From positions 1 through 13,201 of the forward strand of contig JBECKX010000138.1 of assembly GCA_040235515.1 (NCBI GenBank): 13,201 nucleotides of DNA. The letters run 5' to 3'. A program made the position numbers and the translations under genes. This document shows positions 1 through 7,541 of the stretch, in pieces; within the stretch, counting starts at the first letter, position 1, and each line of letters opens with the position of its first letter. The notes below the pieces were generated by a model, which was not told the DNA's origin, searched no databases, and saw only the letters and a program-made list of their open reading frames with translations. Origin of the DNA: Candidatus Zixiibacteriota bacterium. Lineage in GTDB: Bacteria; Zixibacteria; MSB-5A5; CAIYYT01.

Positions 1-140
1 ACCATATAGAGATAGCCGCTCCACCGGAGGACGCTTCCGAACAACCTGACACGATGGGAGCCGGGAAATCAGGAGTAGGCTTGGCGATTATGGTGGAGCG
101 ATCTACTCAACGAATTAAGCTTGACGATATTGGGGATTGC
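1..140. ncRNA. Candidate structured non-coding RNA (irregular rod-like hairpin; possibly a partial 6S RNA), truncated by the window edge
   Basis: Nested pairings share one symmetry axis near nt 58-59: CGCTCCACC(17-25)/GGTGGAGCG(92-100), CGCT(32-35)/GGCG(83-86), CCTGA(45-49)/TCAGG(69-73). The end ACGATATTGGGGAT loosely resembles 6S closing-stem ends. Strand unresolved. Confidence 0.3.
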
Positions 141-149
141 CCGTAAATT
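121..149 (+). promoter_or_regulatory. sigma70-type promoter for the peptidase pair
   Basis: TTGACG (121-126), 17-bp spacer, TAAATT (144-149), about 60 nt upstream of the GTG start at 212. Confidence 0.55.
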
Positions 150-175
150 ATAGGTGTACTGGCATTTACTGTCAT
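147..175 (-). promoter_or_regulatory. sigma70-type promoter on the minus strand, firing leftwards
   Basis: The reverse complement reads ATGACA (175-170), 17-bp spacer, TATAAT (152-147): a 5/6 match at -35 and a perfect -10. Confidence 0.5.
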
Positions 176-211
176 TTACCGAAAGTGAACTCCGTTACCT
201 CTGCGTAAGAA

Positions 212-1897
212 GTGAATAGAAGAAGAAGCTCTCTATTCCTGATCGTCGGCGTTATTTTGCTTATGATTGGGGCCACTGCGGTCAGCGCCGCTCAGAACTC
301 GCTGCAGAAGATCGATGCTGCCGTGGCGAATGGTGCGCTATCTGCAGAGTTGGGTGTCATCTTCAAAGGAATCTCTGTCACGAATCCAGCCAGTCTGCCC
401 GCGGAATACAAATCGAATGAGTTGATGTTTGACAAGTGCGCGACCGACCTGGTTACCGCCGCGCTTGCCCTGATCGAGGAGAATAAGGAAACCTACGGAG
501 CCTATCGCGAGACCCTGCTGGCGCGACCGATTAAGGCTTTCTATATCGATTCACCCAGCGGGCACTTCAGGCTGCATTTCGATACGGTTGGTGTGCACGC
601 GATTCCGACTGCCGACGCTGACTCCAACGGTGTTCCCGACTTCCTTGAAGTAGCAATGATGGCGGCCGACAGTTCATGGAGTCACTACATAAATTCGCTC
701 GGCTATTACGAGCCGGTATCTGACCTCACACTGGGTGGCGGGGTGGATATCTATGATCTGTACTTTGAGACGATCCCATACTACGGTTTGACTACGCCGG
801 AGACGGCGGGTCCGGCGGATTGGAATGACTATAGCTCCTACATCAAGATCCACTCGAGATTCACGCCCGGCTTTCCGCCAAATGATGATCCTGATGGTGA
901 TGTTTACGGTGCCCTCAAAGTCACGATCGCGCACGAGTTCCACCATGCGATCCAGTTTGCTTATGACGCCTTTGAGGAGAGCTACTTCATGGAAGAAACC
1001 GCCACCAGCATGGAGGAGGTTGTCTTCCCGGTAGTTAACGACAATCACAACTACCTGCTGTATTACTATGATGAACCTGAGGTGGGCCTGCAGCAGGGCG
1101 GAGTACACCGCTATGCTTCATTCATCTGGCCCCTCTACCTGCGGGAGAAGTATGACGATGACCTCGTGCGCTCGATGTGGAGCAGTTGCCGTTACAACAA
1201 CGCCATCTCCGCCTGGTCGACGAATCTGGTTCAGCGTGGCACCACCCTCGACAAAGCATTTTCTGATTTCACCATGTGGAACTACTTCACCGGTGACCGC
1301 GCCGATACGACGCATTTTCCCGAGGCGGCGGTTTTCCCGCAACCGGTGATCATGTCGTACCATCAGGAGCTTCCCGATTCCGGGAACACGTCATCATTGC
1401 CGCCGGAGCCACTGGGGTCCAACTACATTGTTTTCGAGAATTTTGCGGGCTATCACGGTATCCTTTCATTCGAGATGGTCGGACTTAGCGCTGCGACCTG
1501 GGCCCTCTCCTACGTCATTGACTATGGCAACGGGAACTACGAAGAGCGCACCGCCTACTCGGTTCCGAACGGTAAGGTAAGGGTGAGTATCGACTCGGTT
1601 GAGAATGTCCTGCGTGTGATTTATATCCCCGCCGTCGGGTCACATTTCGGCACGGAATTCAATTATGTTTACCACCTCTCGTTCCGCAAGCAGGGTGACC
1701 TTGATAACGACGATCAGGTGGCGATCGGCGATGCGGTGTACGCAATCAATTACATCTTCGGGGGTGGCCCCGCTCCGCAGCCGCTACGGGTGATGGACTG
1801 CGACTGCAGCGGCACAAACACGATCGCCGATGCGGTCTACATCATCAATTATATCTTCGGGGGTGGACCACCGCCGTGCGTGATCAGCGGCTTGTAG
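212..1897 (+). CDS. Secreted zinc metallopeptidase (MXAN_6640-like, HExxH...E) with C-terminal type I dockerin-like domain
   Basis: 561-aa ORF with GTG start. Sec signal (MNRRRSSLFLIVGVILLMIGATAVSA). KCAT pro-region motif; SGHFRLHF and D-x-D-x-N-G-x-P-D motifs; AHEFHHAIQFAY at 932-946 followed by FMEETAT. C-terminal duplicated GDLDNDDQVAIGDAVYAINYIFGGGP / DCDCSGTNTIADAVYIINYIFGGGP. Confidence 0.85.
   Translation: MNRRRSSLFLIVGVILLMIGATAVSAAQNSLQKIDAAVANGALSAELGVIFKGISVTNPASLPAEYKSNELMFDKCATDLVTAALALIEENKETYGAYRETLLARPIKAFYIDSPSGHFRLHFDTVGVHAIPTADADSNGVPDFLEVAMMAADSSWSHYINSLGYYEPVSDLTLGGGVDIYDLYFETIPYYGLTTPETAGPADWNDYSSYIKIHSRFTPGFPPNDDPDGDVYGALKVTIAHEFHHAIQFAYDAFEESYFMEETATSMEEVVFPVVNDNHNYLLYYYDEPEVGLQQGGVHRYASFIWPLYLREKYDDDLVRSMWSSCRYNNAISAWSTNLVQRGTTLDKAFSDFTMWNYFTGDRADTTHFPEAAVFPQPVIMSYHQELPDSGNTSSLPPEPLGSNYIVFENFAGYHGILSFEMVGLSAATWALSYVIDYGNGNYEERTAYSVPNGKVRVSIDSVENVLRVIYIPAVGSHFGTEFNYVYHLSFRKQGDLDNDDQVAIGDAVYAINYIFGGGPAPQPLRVMDCDCSGTNTIADAVYIINYIFGGGPPPCVISGL
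1694..1879 (+). repeat. Dockerin-like duplicated Ca-binding repeat (two copies of DAVYxINYIFGGGP) within ORF 212-1897
   Basis: Two repeats, each a D-x-D-x-[DS] loop followed by DAVY(A/I)INYIFGGGP, visible at both protein and DNA level. Confidence 0.8.
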
Positions 1898-1937
1898 CTT
1901 TGGGAGAAATGCTGGCTTAAGAATAGGAATCTGGAAA

Positions 1938-3977
1938 ATGACCATTACTAGCAGGATAATCGAATCCTCGTTATTGCTCGCGGTATTGATTGGACTAATG
2001 CCTGCGACGCAACCTGCATTCGCCAGAGCGGAGCAATCATCCCTCGCGTTGATTGAGTCAGCCTACCAGGATGGCAGGCTGAGTGAACAGCAGAGGATAC
2101 TCTATTCGGTACAATCGATCAAAGACCCCGCTGCGCTTCCGGCCGAGTTTCAGTCGGAAGTATTCGAGGGTGACCGCTGCGCGACCACCATACTGGTGGA
2201 AGCTTACCAGGAGTTCAACAACCTCGACTCATCCACCCAGGCAGCTTTGACCAAGCTGCTGGCGCGACCCTCGCAAGCCCACAGCATCGTCAGCCCGGAC
2301 GGCATTTTCAGAATCCATTACGACCTGACCGGCGCCGACGCGGTGCCGAGCACCGATACCAGTCCCGCGAACGGCATTCCGGATTTCGTCGAGTGGCTGG
2401 CCGAGTATGCCGATAGCTCCTACCGCACCGAGGTCGACAATATGGGGCACCTGGTGCCGCCATCCGATGGCGGTCTGGGGGGAGACAACCTCTATGATAT
2501 CTATACCGAAGAGATGCCGTACTACGGCTATGCCCAGCCTGAAGGTGGCGGACCTGAGCCGTGGAACGATTCATACAGCTATATCGCGGTGCATCGCGAC
2601 TTCATCGGTTTCCCACCCAACACCGACCCGGACGGCAATCAGAAGGGGGCCGCCAAGGTCACGCTGGCGCACGAGTACTATCATGCGATTCAGTTCGCTT
2701 ATGATGTCGGAGAAAACGTCTGGTTCATGGAGACATCCTCGACCTGGATGGAAGATGTGGTGTATGATGTCGTCAACGACAATTACAACTACCTCCCGAC
2801 CATCTTCAACAATCCCGATTGGCCGCTCCACTCGACGACCAGCGGTCACCTCTATTCCGCCTTCATCTGGGGCAAGTACCTGGAGGAAAACTTCGGGGCG
2901 CAGACCATGCATGATATCTGGGACGAGTTGATCACGACCTCGCCGTATCCCGCCTTTGCGACGGTGCTCGCGACCAAAAGCACAACGGTCGCGCAGGAGG
3001 TCGCCAATTTCCGCAAATGGAATTATATCACCTCGTCGCGTGATGACGGCAATCACTATGAAGAAGGGTCGGAGTACCTGCCGGTTGCAGTCACGCGCAC
3101 GCACTCATCCTATCCGGTCAGTGGCATGGGACCGGTTTCCGGTAAGTTCCCCGATGGCATGGGAGCGAACTACATCGTGTTTAATATTCCACCCGATGCT
3201 TATTCCTTCACAGTCGACTTCGATGGCGAGGATGGGGTGGAGTGGATCGTGCAATTGCTGGCTCGCAAAGTTGCCACTAACCAATACACGGAGTACCAGA
3301 TGTCGCTTAACTCCTCACAGGCGGGGCAGTTTACTCTGTTGCCGATCAGTGGGAACAATGAGTTGACGATGGTGATTGTCAATGTCAGTCAGGGGTTCGA
3401 TAACCGCTCATATTCTTACGGCGCCAGTTACGTCTCCAGCCCGGCTTATGCAATCGATGTTTATTCTTCAGCCGACGACAGCGTCTACTCCCATGCGGGG
3501 GTGACGGTCAGTTTCTCTGTCGAGAATCTCGGGCTCAATGCTGATGATTTCAATATCTCAGTGACCAACGATCTCGGATGGACAATGGCGCCATCCTCCG
3601 GTTCGATCTTCCTCAACTCAGGCCAGGTGAGCAATTTCAATGTGGTCCTCACCTCACCGGGGACCGACCCGATCGGGACGGTAAATTCAGTCAGGCTGAC
3701 GGCGTCCGCCAACTCGGTGGTCGGTATCACCGATTCTGATTCCAGCGTAGTCGAGGTGTTCCTGCAGCATGGTGACAGCGATCACAGTGGGGCATTGACC
3801 ATCAGCGATGCCGTTTATATAATCAACTATATCTTCGGTGGCGGCCCCGCTCCGGTACCGGTTACACTTGCCGGCGACGCCGACTGCTCAGGATCGATCG
3901 CGATCGCCGATGCAGTCTACATTATCAACTACATTTTCGGCGGAGGGCCATATCCGGTCTGTAATGCCATTCAGTAA
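1938..3977 (+). CDS. Secreted zinc metallopeptidase paralog (MXAN_6640-like) with an extra Ig-like (NEW3/CARDB-like) domain and C-terminal dockerin-like domain
   Basis: 679-aa ORF with AGGA RBS upstream and a signal peptide. RCAT motif; AHEYYHAIQFAY at 2670-2684 followed by WFMETSSTWME. Collinear with the upstream ORF (GFPPNxDPDG, VNDNxNYL, HxYxxFIW). Ig-like insert V-E-N-L-G...D-x-F...GW at about 3447-3770, then a duplicated dockerin motif. Confidence 0.85.
   Translation: MTITSRIIESSLLLAVLIGLMPATQPAFARAEQSSLALIESAYQDGRLSEQQRILYSVQSIKDPAALPAEFQSEVFEGDRCATTILVEAYQEFNNLDSSTQAALTKLLARPSQAHSIVSPDGIFRIHYDLTGADAVPSTDTSPANGIPDFVEWLAEYADSSYRTEVDNMGHLVPPSDGGLGGDNLYDIYTEEMPYYGYAQPEGGGPEPWNDSYSYIAVHRDFIGFPPNTDPDGNQKGAAKVTLAHEYYHAIQFAYDVGENVWFMETSSTWMEDVVYDVVNDNYNYLPTIFNNPDWPLHSTTSGHLYSAFIWGKYLEENFGAQTMHDIWDELITTSPYPAFATVLATKSTTVAQEVANFRKWNYITSSRDDGNHYEEGSEYLPVAVTRTHSSYPVSGMGPVSGKFPDGMGANYIVFNIPPDAYSFTVDFDGEDGVEWIVQLLARKVATNQYTEYQMSLNSSQAGQFTLLPISGNNELTMVIVNVSQGFDNRSYSYGASYVSSPAYAIDVYSSADDSVYSHAGVTVSFSVENLGLNADDFNISVTNDLGWTMAPSSGSIFLNSGQVSNFNVVLTSPGTDPIGTVNSVRLTASANSVVGITDSDSSVVEVFLQHGDSDHSGALTISDAVYIINYIFGGGPAPVPVTLAGDADCSGSIAIADAVYIINYIFGGGPYPVCNAIQ
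3771..3962 (+). repeat. Dockerin-like duplicated repeat within ORF 1938-3977
   Basis: GDSDHSGALTISDAVYIINYIFGGGPAP...GDADCSGSIAIADAVYIINYIFGGGPYPVC. Confidence 0.8.
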
Positions 3978-4015
3978 GCTTGACTAAGCTATAGTGAGAT
4001 TGATTTGCAATACTC

Positions 4016-4055
4016 GGAGGCTCACGGACACGCGTCGTGAGCCTCCCGTTTTATT
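4016..4055 (+). terminator. Rho-independent terminator after the peptidase pair
   Basis: Perfect 11-bp stem GGAGGCTCACG (4016-4026) / CGTGAGCCTCC (4036-4046) with a 9-nt loop, followed by TTTTATT (4049-4055), about 40 nt after the stop at 3977. Confidence 0.85.
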
Positions 4056-4201
4056 CTCTCATCTCTGCTACAGAGTCGAAGGCGGTCGGGAGGCTGCAGC
4101 ATTTTTTGTTGACTCTCATTCTCCGCCTCGGTTCCTTCTAAGTCGCAGTGAAATCACAACTTGAATCCGCTAATCATTGACATCGGGCAGTAGTTGGGTC
4201 T

Positions 4202-6202
4202 ATGGATTTAAAGCAGATCGGAAAGTACGAAGTCGTAAAGACCCTTGGTGAGGGCGGTTTTGGCACCGTCTATCTCGCCAGGCACACGAAGCTCCAGAAG
4301 AATTTTGCGCTCAAAGTGCTGCACCCCCAGGTGGCGAAGGATAAGATGCTTTCAGCCTACTTCGAGCGTGAAGCCCTTGCCCTCGGTCAGCTGGAGCACC
4401 AGAATATCGTGCGGGTTTCAGACTATGACCAGATCGACGATGTAACCTTCATCGTGATGGAATATATCGATGGCACCAACCTTGATGCCGTCCTGCGCGA
4501 GAAAAAACATCTAACCATCGCCGAAGCCGCTCCGATCTTCCGTCAGCTCTTGTCCGGGATCGGCTATGCGCATGATCGAGGGATTATCCACCGCGATATC
4601 AAGCCCTCGAACATCATGCTGACCAGCAACGGCACGGTCAAGATCACCGACTTTGGCATCGCGATGGTATCCGATGGCGCCAAATTGACGCGTACCGGGA
4701 CGGGCGCCGGCTCGCTCCTCTACATGTCTCCGGAACAGATCAGAGGAAAACGTGAGCAGATAGACAATCGCTCTGACCTCTACTCGGTGGGAATCACCTT
4801 CTATCAGGTGCTGACCGGCGCAACACCATTCGCAGCCGACTCCGAGTATGAGATCATGACAGGGCATCTTGAGAAGACCCCGCCGCCCCCGAGGGAATTC
4901 CGCAGCGATGTTGATCCGAGGGTAGAGGCGCTGATTCTCAAGGCGCTCGCGAAAGACCCGGCCAAACGATTCCAGACCGCGGCCGAGATGAATGAAGCGC
5001 TCGCCGGGATCGATTTGTCGCGTGAAAAAACGGTCAGGCAAACTTTGCCTGACATGGAAAAAACGGAACTCGCGATCGAGGCACCTCCGGAGCGTCAGCA
5101 GGGTGGTAAAGGAAGGCTGATCGGCATCGCAGCGGCTGTACTGGCGGTCGTAGTCATCGCACTCTACCTGCTGTTTGGCACCGGGGGGGAGGAGAAGCCG
5201 CCGGTGCAGGTTGAGAGTTTTGCCGACTCACTGCGCCTGGCCATCGATCAGTTCGGTGAGAAAAAGTATGGTGATGCCAGAGAATTGCTGCAACGATTGG
5301 CCGAATCGGGGTCTGCGGGCGCCGCTCAGAGGATGGAAGTTGCCCAGTTTGAAGCCGCAGCCATCCTGATGGAGGGGGACATCGTCACCGCTCGCGGACG
5401 GCTTGAAGCTCTGCATCGGCAAAATCCCGATCTGCAGTTCGACGATCGCTATCCTCCCGGGTTGCGACAGCTCTGGGATGAGATCGTCGCCGCTGCGGCA
5501 ACGATCCCGGGTGGGATTATCGTTGCGATCGATAATTTCCAGGAGTTCCTGCCGGTTGAAGTTTCCGTAAACGGGGAAAGGCGACAATACAGCGGCGAGG
5601 AACTGCGTTTCAACAGTCTGAAGCCGGGCGAATACAATATCGAGGTGTCCGGAAAAGGTGCAGTTCCGGTTTCGCGGAAGGTCCAGGTCGCTGAAGATGT
5701 TGTCAGTCAATCATTTACACTGAAATCGCCCGATGCGCCGGCGACCGGTACGATTACCGTGACTGTTACGGACTACCAGATCTTTGAACCAGTGAAGGTT
5801 TATTTCGACAATAAGAGTGTAGAATATGAGGGTAAACCATTGGTATTTAGTGATCTGGAATCTGGCGAATATGAGGTTGGCTTGATCACCGATGTCGGGC
5901 GTCTGACAGAATTGGTGATGGTAGCCGGCAATCCGGTGAATATCACCTTCAAGCCGAACAACTCTCAGGCGCGCCTGACTGTCTCCTCACTGGTACCGGA
6001 CAACCCCAACGACTTTGTCGCGGCCCAGGTCTACATCGATAATGTCAAAATCAAGGATGGTCAGACTCCGTACAAGGAGACAGTGATGCAGGGTAAGCAT
6101 AAAATCTGGATCGAACATCCCGATTATCAGACCAGGGGAAAGGCTCGCTACATCGAAGTGAATCACGATGAACTGGTCGAATTCCAGTTGAAGCGAAAGT
6201 AG
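4202..6202 (+). CDS. Membrane-anchored Hanks-type (PknB-like) Ser/Thr protein kinase with exported TPR-like and PEGA-like domains
   Basis: GEGGFG P-loop, ALKVL catalytic Lys, FEREA alphaC Glu, HRDIKPSN, DFG, YMSPEQ and DLYSVG all intact. One TM helix (LIGIAAAVLAVVVIALYLLF). Helical TPR-like segment, two similar beta-sandwich repeats (GGIIV...LKPGEYNIEV / GTITV...LESGEYEV) and a C-terminal PEGA-like domain (AQVYIDN...GQTP...GKHKIWIEHPDY). Confidence 0.92.
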   Translation: MDLKQIGKYEVVKTLGEGGFGTVYLARHTKLQKNFALKVLHPQVAKDKMLSAYFEREALALGQLEHQNIVRVSDYDQIDDVTFIVMEYIDGTNLDAVLREKKHLTIAEAAPIFRQLLSGIGYAHDRGIIHRDIKPSNIMLTSNGTVKITDFGIAMVSDGAKLTRTGTGAGSLLYMSPEQIRGKREQIDNRSDLYSVGITFYQVLTGATPFAADSEYEIMTGHLEKTPPPPREFRSDVDPRVEALILKALAKDPAKRFQTAAEMNEALAGIDLSREKTVRQTLPDMEKTELAIEAPPERQQGGKGRLIGIAAAVLAVVVIALYLLFGTGGEEKPPVQVESFADSLRLAIDQFGEKKYGDARELLQRLAESGSAGAAQRMEVAQFEAAAILMEGDIVTARGRLEALHRQNPDLQFDDRYPPGLRQLWDEIVAAAATIPGGIIVAIDNFQEFLPVEVSVNGERRQYSGEELRFNSLKPGEYNIEVSGKGAVPVSRKVQVAEDVVSQSFTLKSPDAPATGTITVTVTDYQIFEPVKVYFDNKSVEYEGKPLVFSDLESGEYEVGLITDVGRLTELVMVAGNPVNITFKPNNSQARLTVSSLVPDNPNDFVAAQVYIDNVKIKDGQTPYKETVMQGKHKIWIEHPDYQTRGKARYIEVNHDELVEFQLKRK

Positions 6203-6283
6203 ACATACGAACTGAGAAGTATACTTTTTACTGTTGGGAATAGTGAGAATAACGAACCGTTAGTTTTGTGAAAGGAAAACGCC

Positions 6284-7291
6284 ATGAAACGCATTAACGG
6301 ACTATTGATAACTTTGCTGCTGGTGATCCCATTTACCCTGGTATGGGCGGACACCGGCGAACAGATCGAGGAACTGAGCACACTTTACCGGCGCGGACAA
6401 TTTGCGGATGTGGTCATGAAAGCCGGTGACATGCTCGAAAAGCAGCAGTTGGGCGCCGCCGACAGTGCGGCCGTATTGCAGTGGCTCTCACGGGCCTGCG
6501 CACAGAACAAGCAGGAGGGTCAGGCACAAAGCTATTTCGCCGCCCTGGTCAAGCTCGATCCGAACACCAACTTTGATAACGGCAATGAGCCGTCACTGGT
6601 CTCGAAGGCCTGGGCGAAATTCGTCAACGATACCGGCTACAAACCGGGCCAATTCAACAAGATGCTGACCGTGGCCGTCGTTGAATTCGAGAATGGCTCG
6701 ATCGTCGATGCTGACAAGTACAAGACCGCCGGTCTGGGAGTCTCCGAACTGGTTCGCTATAATCTGATCTCTTCGGGACTCGTCTATGTGCCCTCGCGCT
6801 CGCACTTCAACTACCTCAAGCAGGAAATCGAAGCCTCCCAGGCGGGCATGATGGATGAGAACTACCAGATCGAGACCGGCAAAGTGATCGGTGCTTCGAA
6901 TTTCATCTTCGGTACCTTCATGAAGATGCAGAAGAACAAAGTCAGGATCATGGCGCGCGTGATCGACACCGAGACCACGCTGCCGAAGAAGACATTCAGC
7001 GTCCAGGGCGATGACGACAAGATCGGCGACCTCTCGATGGAGCTGGCCGATTCGATCATGGCTTATTTTGAAGTAGAAGCCGAGGCGATCAAGGATGCCA
7101 AGTCGAAGGTTCCTGAGGTGAATCTGGCGGCATTGCTGGCATTTTCACAAGGTTTTGCCTATGAAGAAGAGGGAAATTACAAGAAGGCCGAGCAGTTTTA
7201 TGCCCAGGCGCTCGAGATTTCTCCTGATTTTGTGCTTGCGTCAGATCGTCAACAACGTGTAGAATTGGAGATGAAGGCTGCGGGTCAATAG
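6284..7291 (+). CDS. Exported TPR + CsgG/HfaB-like (TolB-N/FlgO-like fold) protein
   Basis: AAAGGA RBS; Sec signal ending LVWA. N-terminal TPR-like helices. Central TVAVVEFEN...GLGVSELV...GKVIGASNFIFGTF...RIMARVIDTET pattern typical of CsgG/HfaB/FlgO-like domains. C-terminal TPR (GNYKKAEQFYAQALEISPDF). Confidence 0.75.
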   Translation: MKRINGLLITLLLVIPFTLVWADTGEQIEELSTLYRRGQFADVVMKAGDMLEKQQLGAADSAAVLQWLSRACAQNKQEGQAQSYFAALVKLDPNTNFDNGNEPSLVSKAWAKFVNDTGYKPGQFNKMLTVAVVEFENGSIVDADKYKTAGLGVSELVRYNLISSGLVYVPSRSHFNYLKQEIEASQAGMMDENYQIETGKVIGASNFIFGTFMKMQKNKVRIMARVIDTETTLPKKTFSVQGDDDKIGDLSMELADSIMAYFEVEAEAIKDAKSKVPEVNLAALLAFSQGFAYEEEGNYKKAEQFYAQALEISPDFVLASDRQQRVELEMKAAGQ

Positions 7292-7349
7292 GCAGATTGA
7301 CTTTGGCGGTCAAAGTTGTCCGTGCAAATTCGGAATGAATGCCGGAAAC

Positions 7350-7375
7350 ATTGTGGAACATAATTGTGAAACATA
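7350..7375 (+). repeat. 13-bp tandem direct repeat, possible transcription-factor site
   Basis: ATTGTGGAACATA (7350-7362) is immediately followed by ATTGTGAAACATA (7363-7375), one mismatch. A third GAAACAT core lies at 7345-7351. Confidence 0.5.
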
Positions 7376-7379
7376 CAGG

Positions 7380-7451
7380 GCAACTAACCGAATAGAGTAC
7401 AAGTAGATGCTTTCAACGGCATCCCGGATCGAACTCTATTCGGTTGGTTGC
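7380..7451 (+). other. 19-bp inverted repeat / RNA stem enclosing an inner hairpin
   Basis: GCAACTAACCGAATAGAGT (7380-7398) pairs with ACTCTATTCGGTTGGTTGC (7433-7451): 18 Watson-Crick pairs plus one U.G wobble on the + strand. Inner hairpin GATGCT (7406-7411) / GGCATC (7418-7423). Confidence 0.7.
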
Positions 7452-7541
7452 GATTTTGTAACCAGACAGGCAGATCCCGAGTCAGGCCTCGGGGCGAACG
7501 AAACTGAAAGCGCAGGAGTCTCTTAGAGAAACAATCGCTAT

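Noticed and set aside
3..146. Open frame HIEIAAPPEDASEQ...DDIGDCP* as the 3' end of an upstream gene
   Set aside because: No recognisable motif, and it overlaps the promoter and the structured element. It cannot be supported without upstream sequence, though it is not excluded.
4109..4206. Promoter candidates for the kinase (TTGACT 4109-4114, TTGACA 4177-4182)
   Set aside because: No good -10 hexamer at 16-18 bp spacing; the second candidate would place the -10 on the start codon.
4202..6202. Gene symbol pknB
   Set aside because: No PASTA domains; kinase-domain similarity alone does not establish orthology.
6217..6226. 10-bp palindrome AAGTATACTT in the kinase-ORF6284 gap
   Set aside because: A single short palindrome in an AT-rich gap is expected by chance, and its TATACT has no matching -35.
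7345..7451. Possible CRISPR array or retron ncRNA in the repeat-rich gap
   Set aside because: No regularly spaced repeats with spacers, and no cas or reverse-transcriptase gene in the window.
7495..7532. CGAAAC / CTGA motifs suggesting a hammerhead ribozyme
   Set aside because: The CUGANGA core is absent (the sequence reads CTGAAAG) and the three-stem junction cannot be built.
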